A program made the translations under genes and the position numbers. This document shows, in pieces, positions 23,418-33,527 of a stretch of DNA of 64,000 bases. The stretch is taken from NCBI GenBank assembly GCA_964187785.1, contig OZ076410.1, positions 14,880,001-14,944,000 of the forward strand, given 5' to 3'. Numbering within the stretch: the stretch's first letter is position 1; every line of letters begins with the position of its first letter. The notes under the pieces were generated by a model, which saw only the letters and a list, made by a program, of their open reading frames with translations, did no database searches and was not told the DNA's origin. The stretch comes from Amphiscolops sp. MND2022. Its lineage: Eukaryota.

Positions 23418-26400
23418 TCAGTCACGTTCGAATTTGAGTTTCTGATCTCGCAATTGACTGGCGCCAACATTGCCGGCCCTGTTTTTCTCCCGAAAAACAC
23501 TTTTATAGAACAGGGGTGCCAGTCTCACTACTGGTCGTTTCAGTTTGTCATCAATTTTCGTTGTGTTTCTGCGAACTTCAGTTTCGTAGTCATGTTTGCC
23601 GGTTGTTTGCTGTGTTCTTTCTCTACTGCAATGCTTCTCCAGCTCATAATCCATTTCACTGACCATACAGTTGTTTTCGACAAGTTGACATAACACAAAA
23701 TATTTCCAAAAAACTGTTGTCTCATTTGAAGTGATAGTTTTCCCAACTTTCCCAAACTTCATCATCAACGTCCGACATTCATTGAGTTCTCTCGATTGCT
23801 TTTCTTTTGAACCTTCAAAAGGTATGATACAAAATTGCTTCAGTACATTTAACTCAACTTCCATAATTACTTCAACATCCAAAGAATAGATTTCCAGATA
23901 AGTCGAAAATGTCTCCAGACAGTTTCCCAAGATTTGCTCTGCTGCATTATTCCTCATCAAAGTTGACTGACCGCGGGGAAGGTATGTCCAACTGAGTTCG
24001 TTCTCTAATCGTTCCATTCTCAAGCTTTCAATTTGGCGTTCGTGAAAGATTATGGAATCATCCATCATCATCACCAATAGATGAAGAGAATTTCCAACAT
24101 TACTGCGACTGGAGTTTTTACCTTTGTGTTCAATGCTCTCTTTGCATCCAATAGGAGGGGATTTGTGTTGTGAACTCAGTCGCTGCGCTGCATTTTGCTC
24201 TTTGCTTACAGACACGTCGTTTTTCGTAGCTACATCCGAGTTTTCTCCAAACAACTGCAATGCCGTGAAGTTTTGCTTCCGCTTCTGTTTGTAGAGATTC
24301 ACTGTGCTTCTCTCACTACAAAACTTCAATTTCTTTTCATCTAGGTTTTTAACCGGCTCCGATAGATCAGCAAAAACTTCCAATTTACCAAAAGACCCAT
24401 GCCGAGTCCACATTGTCTTGAAAAGTGCAGCCGGCCCATTGCAAGATCCGTCGCTCCAACTTGTTGCTGTTGGGATTTTCAAAGGACGAATTTGCATTCT
24501 CGTAACTGATAAGTTGTCTCTCAAATCATGTAGCCAAAGTGGCTCATCTTGCGGTGTTCCATTCACGTTCAACTGAGCTCCTTCCGCCATTTCCTGCATC
24601 AGTTTCCAGTTATGTTCAATCTTCCAAGATCTTTTCTTCAGTTGCTTGCGGTGGCCGTTGCTCAATTGAGTTTCATCAATGACGTTAGCTTGTGCCACTG
24701 CGTCCATCCCTGAGTTTCCATTACCATTCCAAGGGTTCCATATACTACTATAACTCGGGATAGTTTCTTCTAAAAGACTTTCTTCATTGAAGTCGAAATC
24801 CGTTTTCTTTCCAAAGGTTGCATTCACGATTTGTGTTTCAATTTCAGCATGGCCTTTCGCGGGTTTATCATGTTTCATTGCAACGTGACATAGCTTTCGA
24901 TACATGACTATTTCATTCAACTCTTCTGGCAGTGTATATCGTTGCTCATTCACAAAGTCATAACATTTGACAAATTCATAGCATTTGTTTCTTTCTTCAA
25001 GAAGTAGAGTAATGTCATAGAACACTGTCACTTGGAATAGTTTCCCCTGTCGCACGTCCTGTAGTACGGTGGAAACTCCTGCCATCACTTGCAGCAGTTC
25101 CAATTGCACACTGAATTCTTCCGAAGTTTCATTGTTCGATGCAAACGCTAAGCTTCGATGCTCTTGCATTGTTTCAGTCATTCTGTAATCCAAAGTCTCC
25201 TCTGTTTGCACTACCAAGTGCTCACTCATGACCAAGTGAATCTCTTCTTCCAAAACTTGTTCTGTATCCACGAGGAGGATTTCTGATCGGAAGTCTTGCC
25301 AGCCATTGTCTACAAAGAACGTTTCTGGCCAGTTCCACATCCATTCTGCGATTAGATTTTTCGAAGTTCCTTTGTTTGCATTGCTTTCAAAATTTGTCAT
25401 ATTTGAATCTTCATGTGCTTCACGTTTGATAGTTTTGTCTTGCAACTTTCCATGGTTTGGACACTTGTCTGAACACTTCATCTGCTCAGGTTTCCATTTT
25501 TTCACTGTACACTTTCCTTTTGTTGTACAGTCAAGAGCTTTGAGCGAAGCCCTTTCTTCTTGCTTGCCCAAAAGTTCGTCTTTTCTTCTTTTCAGCGATT
25601 CATTGCGATCGCCTGAACTTTCTTCGCTTGAAGTATGCCTTGGTTGAGTTTGCTTTACAATTGTCATTGTTGAACTACTTTCAACGCTTTCACGGTTAGA
25701 GCGCAAATGTGATCCAACAATGCTCTTTGAATCAATTTGCCCAAAACAGAGTTCTTTGTTGTTTCTCAGGTGTGACTCCTTGTCCGTCACCTCATTCATG
25801 TTGTTCTGAGAGAGTGCATTTCGCTCACACAGTTCAGCTCCTGTAGAAGGTTTCATTGAGATCGAGGATGCATTGATGGTCCGATAACATTTCTGTGGGC
25901 CTTTACTTGGTTGCAATTGCTTTGTCACTTTCTGTGGTTGTGTCAGTTTGAACTTAACTCCATTTCGCGTTAATTCCATGTCGTTTTTTAGGATTTTTTT
26001 GACTCTAGCGTTTTCTTCTTCGAGGTTAGCAATTTCTAGTTCTTCTGCGAATATCCTCATGTCCATCTCATCTTGTTTCTTTCGGATCTCGGCTTTGCGT
26101 CTTGCGGCAGCTAGCTGTTCATCAATTTCATCTTGTTTCTTCATTGCTTCCAATTCTAGAAGAAGTATTCGTTTTGCGTTTGATGACTTAGAACTAGCTG
26201 TTGTTATGTTGCCCTTCGAGGTTGCTTTGACTGACCCTTTGTTGCTTTGTTCGGGTAACACTTTCACATCCCTGATTGATTTAATCACATCAGAGGGGTT
26301 GGATGCTCCAACAACACGTCGTTCCTCTTCAGTTACCCTGCGTGACTGTGTCAGTGATTTCTTTTCACTAGTTGCTTCCACTAAGCCATTGCGTTCTGTT

Positions 26401-26960
26401 CGATTGAAGCTACTTTGCTTGAGCTTCCTTGTGTGAGTGCATCTCATAGTCGCATTTGTGGAGGTTCGACTTGCCTCTTGGCGAAGTTTCGTTTTGTGTG
26501 TCTCATCTTTTGGACCCTTCATCATTGTCTTTACATCAGGGAACCAATATCCCAAGCTGTCTTCTAATTTTACAAAGAATTCTTCCCATTCAGTCACACT
26601 TCGACTGAGCTGTCTTTGCTTTTCTTCATTCGTGAGGTCCAACATAAGATCTACGTTATGCAAAATTGCTTGTTTGTTTTCGCGATATTCGAATACCCAA
26701 TCAATCAATTCACCTTTGCAAAGACTAGCGCTTTGCTCGTCCAGCTTGTCATCCAACTCTTTAATCAGAGTCCGTAGTCTTCCAACTTGGGTGGCCACAG
26801 CGTCCACATAAAAGCGCCACACGTACCAGTCGGAATCATTTTCCAAATCTCTTGATCTGAGGTCCATCAGTTCTTGGCTCTGATTTGTGTTTGTTTGATC
26901 AAATACATTTGTCATTCGAGGATGTTGCATCTCGAGCATTTCTTTCTTTCTGGCTTTCAT
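23418..26960 (-). CDS. 1180-aa BEL-derived gag-like polyprotein with vestigial pol motifs
   Basis: Single open frame; N-terminal coiled coils; BEL-type C-terminus KRPVVRLAPL..NRAGNV; no recognisable RT YxDD, protease DxG or full DDE triad. Confidence 0.75.
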   Translation of the reverse strand: MKARKKEMLEMQHPRMTNVFDQTNTNQSQELMDLRSRDLENDSDWYVWRFYVDAVATQVGRLRTLIKELDDKLDEQSASLCKGELIDWVFEYRENKQAILHNVDLMLDLTNEEKQRQLSRSVTEWEEFFVKLEDSLGYWFPDVKTMMKGPKDETHKTKLRQEASRTSTNATMRCTHTRKLKQSSFNRTERNGLVEATSEKKSLTQSRRVTEEERRVVGASNPSDVIKSIRDVKVLPEQSNKGSVKATSKGNITTASSKSSNAKRILLLELEAMKKQDEIDEQLAAARRKAEIRKKQDEMDMRIFAEELEIANLEEENARVKKILKNDMELTRNGVKFKLTQPQKVTKQLQPSKGPQKCYRTINASSISMKPSTGAELCERNALSQNNMNEVTDKESHLRNNKELCFGQIDSKSIVGSHLRSNRESVESSSTMTIVKQTQPRHTSSEESSGDRNESLKRRKDELLGKQEERASLKALDCTTKGKCTVKKWKPEQMKCSDKCPNHGKLQDKTIKREAHEDSNMTNFESNANKGTSKNLIAEWMWNWPETFFVDNGWQDFRSEILLVDTEQVLEEEIHLVMSEHLVVQTEETLDYRMTETMQEHRSLAFASNNETSEEFSVQLELLQVMAGVSTVLQDVRQGKLFQVTVFYDITLLLEERNKCYEFVKCYDFVNEQRYTLPEELNEIVMYRKLCHVAMKHDKPAKGHAEIETQIVNATFGKKTDFDFNEESLLEETIPSYSSIWNPWNGNGNSGMDAVAQANVIDETQLSNGHRKQLKKRSWKIEHNWKLMQEMAEGAQLNVNGTPQDEPLWLHDLRDNLSVTRMQIRPLKIPTATSWSDGSCNGPAALFKTMWTRHGSFGKLEVFADLSEPVKNLDEKKLKFCSERSTVNLYKQKRKQNFTALQLFGENSDVATKNDVSVSKEQNAAQRLSSQHKSPPIGCKESIEHKGKNSSRSNVGNSLHLLVMMMDDSIIFHERQIESLRMERLENELSWTYLPRGQSTLMRNNAAEQILGNCLETFSTYLEIYSLDVEVIMEVELNVLKQFCIIPFEGSKEKQSRELNECRTLMMKFGKVGKTITSNETTVFWKYFVLCQLVENNCMVSEMDYELEKHCSRERTQQTTGKHDYETEVRRNTTKIDDKLKRPVVRLAPLFYKSVFREKNRAGNVGASQLRDQKLKFERD

Positions 26961-27769
26961 TTGTTCAGATTGCAGTTTATTGTTTAACTGAGGACTTTCT
27001 GACTACACAATAGTTTCTTGTCGACTTTGTCACTTTTCCCAAAAACAGCAATTTGATAGATCTGAAGTGTCAACTGCTCAACCCAGTAATCAGTCGCCAA
27101 TTCTTGAAGAATCAACCCAAAATGTCAATTATGCTTGCCTTCTTTGACGAACTTGATTGTTTCGGTGGATCTCGTCCCAATGACTCGATCCTTTTGCTTT
27201 ACTTGGTGGATATGCTTGCAGCGACGTCTTAGTTCAAACCTTTGCTTTCAATTAGGAATACGTTTCCCAAGGATACAACTCGTCCCAAACTGGAATTGAA
27301 GCACACTTGCCTCCAGAGTGCTGCTAAAGCCCAACTCCCAGAGTAAACAACCAATCCAGTTCCAAATCGCCCAATAGTCCAATATCAAAGCCCCAGTGTA
27401 CACTTTCCCAGAGTTCCAATCACCAACTGCAGACCCAGTCTCCACAGTTAGTTGTCGTTCGTCGTGAATAGTTGTTTCAGCTACTTATCGCGATTCCGTT
27501 TGAATGCAACGACTCTTGCAATACCTTTCGGTTGCTGTGCGAACAGGATCACCTGCTGCCACTTCTAGGTTTGGAAGGTCCCTACGAATAGGCTTGTCCT
27601 CCCAGCTCTCTGGTTTGCCAATGAAACCAGCACGGAAGCTTTTTCCAAGCTTCGTGTTACTTGAACAGATAGATGTTGTGTCACCCGTTTGATGACTCTA
27701 ACTGCTAACGTGTCTTCCACCACGAATGCTATCCACCCACGATGAAGACGACGTTCCTCTTGTAGTGTC

Positions 27770-27905
27770 CACCCAGATTGATGTCCACTCCAACTGTTGA
27801 TGTCCGCCCAATGTGTTGATGTCCGCCCAATGTGTTGATATCCGCCTCACGTGATGTCCGCGCCAAACTGATGATGTCCGGGCCAAACTGATGATGTCCG
27901 GGTCG
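27770..27905 (-). repeat. 18-20-bp tandem repeats (CGGACATCA-core) in the BEL leader just after the PBS
   Basis: About 7 imperfect units, e.g. CGGACATCATCAGTTTGGC x2 and CGGA(C/T)ATCAACACATTGGG x2. Confidence 0.8.
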
Positions 27906-28799
27906 GCGGACCAAATGTAACGGCTGCTTGATCCCTTCAATTGACCAAACTTTACGCCGCCCTGAATTCGGTGCTCGGCACTGCGGATCGTTACCAAACA
28001 CTGCTTGCTTCTTAGATTAAAAGGACTGTATCGTGACTTAGTAGGATCCAATGATCCCGAATTGCACTTCTTCCTTGTCTCTTAACACGTCCAACTCTCC
28101 ACAAGTTGAGAGTAACTAACTTAATCGCCCTAAGTCTTTGGCGAAAAGTCGAAAAGAGGTGAAGAAATGAATTGAGAATTGAAATGGTCCTGAGACCCAA
28201 CTTGAATACAGCTTTCCAATCAATTTGTGCCTATCTAGTTATGGTATACATATCGTTTACAATTATTCGATAAATATGAGTTGAAATATGAAGTATAAAT
28301 AAATGACATTTAAAGCATAATATGAAGTTATTGGCTATGTAAACAAACCATAGTGTGGATATAGCGTGTTGGTTAGGTGGGCTCTGAAGCATGTTTACAC
28401 AATGTAAATATCATAAATTTCAACAGAGTTACATTTCCTTCAAGGTCAAATTAGAAAGTCATATAATAATTAAATACATCAAAATTGGGTAATTCATGGG
28501 GTCCGACCAAGGTCACTTTGGGTGTTAATTGCTCTGAACCCAGGGGAGATACGGGGTAGGGTGTTTCGAGGGAAAAGTTAGGGTAGCACCACTACTATAT
28601 GTGTGCCAAGTTTCAAGGTGATTGAATGAGTGGTTTACCGGGACGGGGGGGTGGTGTTTTATTGGGATGCACCATTTCTGGTGCAACTTGTAATTTTCCA
28701 ACTCAAATTTTGATAAATTTTCTAAGTGTTTTGAGTTATAAGTTTCATCAGTCACGTTCGAATTTGAGTTTCTGATCTCGCAATTGACTGGCGCCAACA

Positions 28800-30560
28800 A
28801 TCAGCTACCACATTGCTGTCACCAGCAATGTGAACAATGTTGTCAATAAATTCCGACAAAATCGAAATTTGCTGGGATTGTCGAGGAGAGTGGTCGGTTG
28901 TTTTTCGAAAGGACGCAACAATGGGTTTGTGGTCGGTAAAAACGACACAGTAACAACCTTCAATAAACCGTCGAAATTTCTGTGTTGCGGCAAAAATTGA
29001 TAAAAGTTCTTTATCAAACACAGAATAATTGCGTTCTGCGACAGATAATTTTCGTGAAAAGAAGGCTAGAGGCACGTTTGTCCCGTCCGTTCTGTTGTTG
29101 TGTAAAACTCCGCCAATTGCTTTGTCAGAAACATCAGTAGTGAGAGTGAGAGTGAGAGTACCATCTGGAGACAAATAGTGTAACATGGTACGTTCAGAAA
29201 GCTTGTTCTTCAATAATACCAAAGCGTCATCGTGGAAGGGTTCCCAACGCACTGGTGTGTCGATAGTCAAATTTTAAGATTAGGATCGCTGACTATCATT
29301 GAGTAACGTTTGGAGAGGTTCGACTATTTCTGCATAATGGGGAAAATGTTGTCAATAAAAAGAGAACATTCCCATCATAGTTCGCAAACTTTTGTAACTC
29401 GTGGGACGCGGCCATCGTTGAATAGCTTCGACTTTGTCCGCTTTGGGTGTAAACCTTCAGCAGTGATCAAAAATCCAAAGAATTCGATCTCATTTTTCAT
29501 CCATTGATATTTCTTTATAGAGCAGCGCAGTCCCTATTGCTTCAGGCGTTCCAATACCGTTTCGATGTCTTTCAAGTGAGTTGTTATATTGTCTGATGCA
29601 ATTAGGACGTCGTCCACGAACGTGAAAATCATTACTAATCCTTGGAAAACTGTGTTCATGAAGCGTTGGAATGTTTGTCCTGCATTTCGGAGACCAAATG
29701 GCATTCGTAGAAATTCAAAAAGACCAAACGGTGTTGTCACAGCAGTTTTCTCTATGTCATCGGGATGTACTGGTATCTGATGGTATGCTTTTACTAAATC
29801 CAAATTTACTAAAAACTTTTTTGCCATAAAGATTGAAATCCGATAGTTGTGGAAGGGGGTAGCAATCCCTTTTAGGGACTGAATTTATTCGTCGGTAATC
29901 TCTACAAAACCTCCAATCGTTAGGTTCCTTTTTAGGTACCATATGCAATGGGGAGGCGTATTGGCTGCATGGTGGACAACATATCCCTGTTGCTATCATG
30001 GAATCGAAACACTGCTTGGCGATCCTGTATTTCTCAGGGCACAAACGCCTCGGGCTGCCATACGAGCCTTTACCCGTCAGTTCAATACGATGTAGCGTTT
30101 GGTGTTGAGCTCTGCTGTTGAAATCAACATCACCGAAATCTTCTGCATTTTTGATCATTATTGATTTCAGCTCGTCGTTTCCGATATCAGGTATCACTGT
30201 CTCAACTTTGTTCACAGAGACGTGGTTGCACTTTTTAAAATGAGTTGCAGTAGACAACAATGTTGTGTTATCCTTGAGGCGGCCGTTTTTGCAATCAATT
30301 GAGAAATCGTTCAAAGACAAGAAATCAATACCAAGAATATTACACGACACGTCAGCGACGAAAAAGGTATGGCTGATGCACCGTGGTAAGGAAGGGATAT
30401 CATTTGGTATAGTAATTTTTCCGTAAACCTTCAACGCGTCACCTTTAATGGTGGATAGAACTGCGTTTGAAGGCAGAATAGTAACTGGATGGATTAAATT
30501 GGGTTTAACAATGGACACCATTGATCCTGTGTCTATAGGAAACTTTTGCTGGCTAGAATT
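28800..30560 (-). pseudogene. pol: Gypsy protease, RT and RNase H, frameshifted
   Basis: PIDTGSMVS; NILGIDFL; SPLHMVPKKEPNDWR; LDLVKAYHQIP..PFGLRNAGQTFQR..FVDDVLI; TTDVSDKAIG..KELLSIF..TDHKPI..NVVAD. Confidence 0.9.
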
Positions 30561-30599
30561 GATAGAAGCAGCGATCTAAATGAATAAATCACCCCCAGT

Positions 30600-31790
30600 G
30601 CAAGCTGCCACTATGCTAGGGGTTCCTAGTTTGACGCTGGGTTGTTTGGGGTTGCTGGTCGTGATGAAGCATCAATCAGCTGTGGTTTCTGACCAGGCCA
30701 CTTACACCAGGGTTTACACCGCTTGGCATTATTTGCATAGAAGACATGAAATCGACAAATTTTTAGTTTTTGCCCCGCGCTGAAGGGAAATATCCCTCCC
30801 TTTTGCTGTCTAGGATTGGATTGAAAGTTTCTGTTCGGGGAAACAGAAACATCTTCGGGCTTAGGATCGGGTCTTACTGCTGCTACGTGGTAATCGAACG
30901 TTGAATACTGGTATATCGTATCCGCAAGTTTAGCGAAATCGTCCAGGGCCAAATTATGAAGTGTGGACAGGGCAACACGTGTCGTTGGGGTTAACGCTTG
31001 GAGGAACTTGTGGCGTAAAAAGTGGTCATTTTATGCGTAGGAAACAGACTGACGGTTTTTGGCCGTCAAGGGAAATTGAACCTTCTCCGATAACTCCTCC
31101 AATAACTCCTGTCGACTTTTTTGGTAGATTCCAATTATCTGCTCCTTTAGAGATTCGTAAGAAGTAACGTCCAGTGGGAGGTTGATTGCGACGTCCTCCG
31201 GTAATGCGCCCATGACGTGGTGAAACTTTGTTTGGGAACTGGTGATATTTGCTATTGCAAATGGGGACTCGAGTTGTCTGAACCAGACTTGCGGCTTGCT
31301 TCTATAGAAAGTTGGAGGGTGGGCGGAAGTAGGTCGAAGGAACGGAATCGAAAATCAGAGTTAGTCCACAGGTCGACATACCAAATTTTTGAATGGTATC
31401 GGAACAACTCGGATCGAAATTTTTATAACGTAGTCAGATATGTTCACATACAGTGCCCTAGTGCCCTGAATGCAGGAGCGAAGCGAAGTGGAGCGACGTG
31501 CCATATGGCCATGCCTCAATGTTGCTACTTGGCGAAGTGAGCGAAGCGACCGAGCCATACAACAAACACGATAAAATTCGACCGCATTCCATTCGATCCA
31601 TGCAGTTCGATCAAAAGGTTCGACCTCTGTCCTTTCGACGAGAAAAATTCGACCTATTTACAGCCACCCAAAGTTGGAGGTTTGATTATTCTGCCCACTT
31701 GAGCATTGTTTGTGCGATCACCGCTACCTCCGTTAGTTATGTGATTATAAGCAGTGGTAGAGTCTTCCAATTGTGCTGGATCTTCCATCA
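30600..31790 (-). pseudogene. gag: Gypsy gag, frameshifted
   Basis: PQVWFRQLESPFAIANITSSQTKFHHVMGALPEDVA; KICRFHVFYANNAKRCKPWC. Confidence 0.75.
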
Positions 31791-32225
31791 CGTCGGGGTT
31801 AAACTTTTTCCAAAAAATGCTTTTTTTTCTTGAATTTTCTGGTTTTTCTCGAAAAAATTGTTTTCGGTTGAGAAAGATGGGTTTCCAGTTGAAAAAGAAT
31901 AGTTTTAGAGATCTTTGCGTATCTCTTCGGGTATTTTTGGCGCTGTAAAATTGATGAAGTTTTAATAATTTCAAAACAGGTTGGATAGGAAAGAAGAACT
32001 GAATTGAGATTGATTAGTTATGATCAGACTTGGTTTATGTATATACAATTGCAATTGATGGTAGAAATGGTTCAGCATCGGGTATATATAGCACCGCGAC
32101 AGGTACCTGTCAGTAAACAAAAATTGTGCGGTATCAAGAGTTGTCTGTTGTATCGCACAAACAGGTACATCAATGTGCGACATCAAAGATTGTGTGTGCG
32201 ATGTCATCTGGCAGGTACTTGAACC

Positions 32226-33527
32226 TTAGGGGTCGTGGCTCATCATTTGATCGTTCCCGCCTTGCGAGGCGGATGGCAAACCTTGATACCCCCGCATTGC
32301 CGACAGCCGAGCAAGGTGTTGTTGCGTCTTTGTCTTACCCAGTCCCTTCGTGAAAATGTCAGCGCAATTGTCACCACTTGCAATAAACTTCAGATCAATC
32401 GACTGATTCTTCACTGTCTCCCGCACATACGCCATCCGAGTTGCAAAGTGTTTCGTCTTTGCGCTGTTGTCATCTCTGGTTGCTAATGCTAGGCACGATT
32501 GACTGTCCGTGAACAAAGTCGTCGCTATGGATTCTCCAAGAGTGTCCAGAATCCCCCGCAAATGCACCGCTTCCTTTACAGCTTCGCTCAAGGCATGAAG
32601 TTCTGCCTCAGTGGTTGAAGTCGCTACACATGTTTGTCGTCTAGCAAGCCACGATATTGCCCCACTACCCACGTTGAAGCAAAAACCAGTGATGCTTCGT
32701 CTATCGTCCTTGCAGCTGGCATAGTCTGAATCCGTGTATCCATTTAGGCCTGTATCATCGCACTTCATGAAGGTGATGCCCACGTCAGCTGTACCTCTGA
32801 GGTAGCGTAACACGTGCTTCGCTGCTTGCCAGTGAGCAAATCCAGGGTTGCTAAGAAATCGAGAAAATAGGTGGGCCGGGAATGCCAGGTCAGGTCGAGT
32901 GGACAGTGAGAGGTAAGCAATGCTACCCACCAGGCCTCTGTAGTCATGTCTCAACATTTGCTGTTGCTCATTTGATCCGTCTTCTGGCATCTGATCCTTC
33001 GTCAGATCCAGCTTGTCTGCGAGTGGTGTTGAAGCTGCCTTGCACTCGCACATACCGTGTTTGCGAAGTAGGTTGCTCACATACCCCTGATGCTTCATTG
33101 TCAGCGAACCGTCACCCCACTTGAAGGAAATTCCCAAGAACCACGTCAGAGGACCGCTTTTGCCAATGTTGAACCGCTCGCTCATCTTGTCTTTGAACCA
33201 CGTGGTAAATTGACTGTCGGTTGACCCGTAAAGAATATCATCCACCCAGATCACTATCCAGCACTTGTGACCATTCCTCGTCAGAGTCAGCAAGCAAGGG
33301 TCGTGAAGTGATGCCTTGAAGTTGAGCTCAAACAGATGGGAAGAGAGACACTGATACCAATTGCGCCCCGATTGTTTTAGTCCATAAAGTGACCGCTTAA
33401 GCTTGCACACCATCTGTTTGCCCTTTTGGTACCCCTCTGGCTGCTCCATGTACATGTCTTCTTGAATTGGTGCGTTCAGGTATGCTGTCTTTATGTCCAT
33501 CTGATTGAAAAGCATACCCAGCTTCAC
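32226..33527 (-). CDS. pol: Copia RT-RNase H portion (frameshifted continuation)
   Basis: QMDIKTAYLN; LYGLKQSGRNW; IWVDDIL; YTDSDYA; EAELHAL; TDSQS; ADIFTK. Confidence 0.9.
   Translation of the reverse strand: MKLGMLFNQMDIKTAYLNAPIQEDMYMEQPEGYQKGKQMVCKLKRSLYGLKQSGRNWYQCLSSHLFELNFKASLHDPCLLTLTRNGHKCWIVIWVDDILYGSTDSQFTTWFKDKMSERFNIGKSGPLTWFLGISFKWGDGSLTMKHQGYVSNLLRKHGMCECKAASTPLADKLDLTKDQMPEDGSNEQQQMLRHDYRGLVGSIAYLSLSTRPDLAFPAHLFSRFLSNPGFAHWQAAKHVLRYLRGTADVGITFMKCDDTGLNGYTDSDYASCKDDRRSITGFCFNVGSGAISWLARRQTCVATSTTEAELHALSEAVKEAVHLRGILDTLGESIATTLFTDSQSCLALATRDDNSAKTKHFATRMAYVRETVKNQSIDLKFIASGDNCADIFTKGLGKTKTQQHLARLSAMRGYQGLPSASQGGNDQMMSHDP

Larger units (their letters stand above)
22586..28799 (-). 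mobile_element. BEL/Pao LTR element (non-autonomous, recent) inserted at the Gypsy RNase H/integrase junction
   Basis: 884-bp LTRs 22586-23469 and 27916-28799 (TGTTGG..TTACA; ~3 mismatches seen); 5-bp TSD ATCAG (22581-22585, 28800-28804); tRNA-Tyr-like PBS TGGTCCGCCGACCCGGA; purine tract before the 3' LTR. Removing it restores NVVAD-CLS. Confidence 0.92.
19838..31799 (-). mobile_element. Ty3/Gypsy LTR retrotransposon (CsRN1/Kabuki-like), 5' LTR lost, interrupted by a BEL element
   Basis: Partial tRNA-Trp-type PBS ACCCCGACGTGAT (31787-31799); gag PPTFYRSKPQVWFRQLES..FAIANIT; RT; RNase H; integrase; purine tract then TGTAAC LTR start at 21332. Confidence 0.85.

Noticed and set aside
24304-26811. 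Plus-strand ORFs antisense to the BEL ORF (and similar ones opposite the Copia and Gypsy)
   Set aside because: Shadow ORFs of long sense frames with no recognisable motifs.
27770-27905. CRISPR-like array
   Set aside because: Abutting imperfect repeats without unique spacers, in a eukaryotic LTR leader, with no cas genes.
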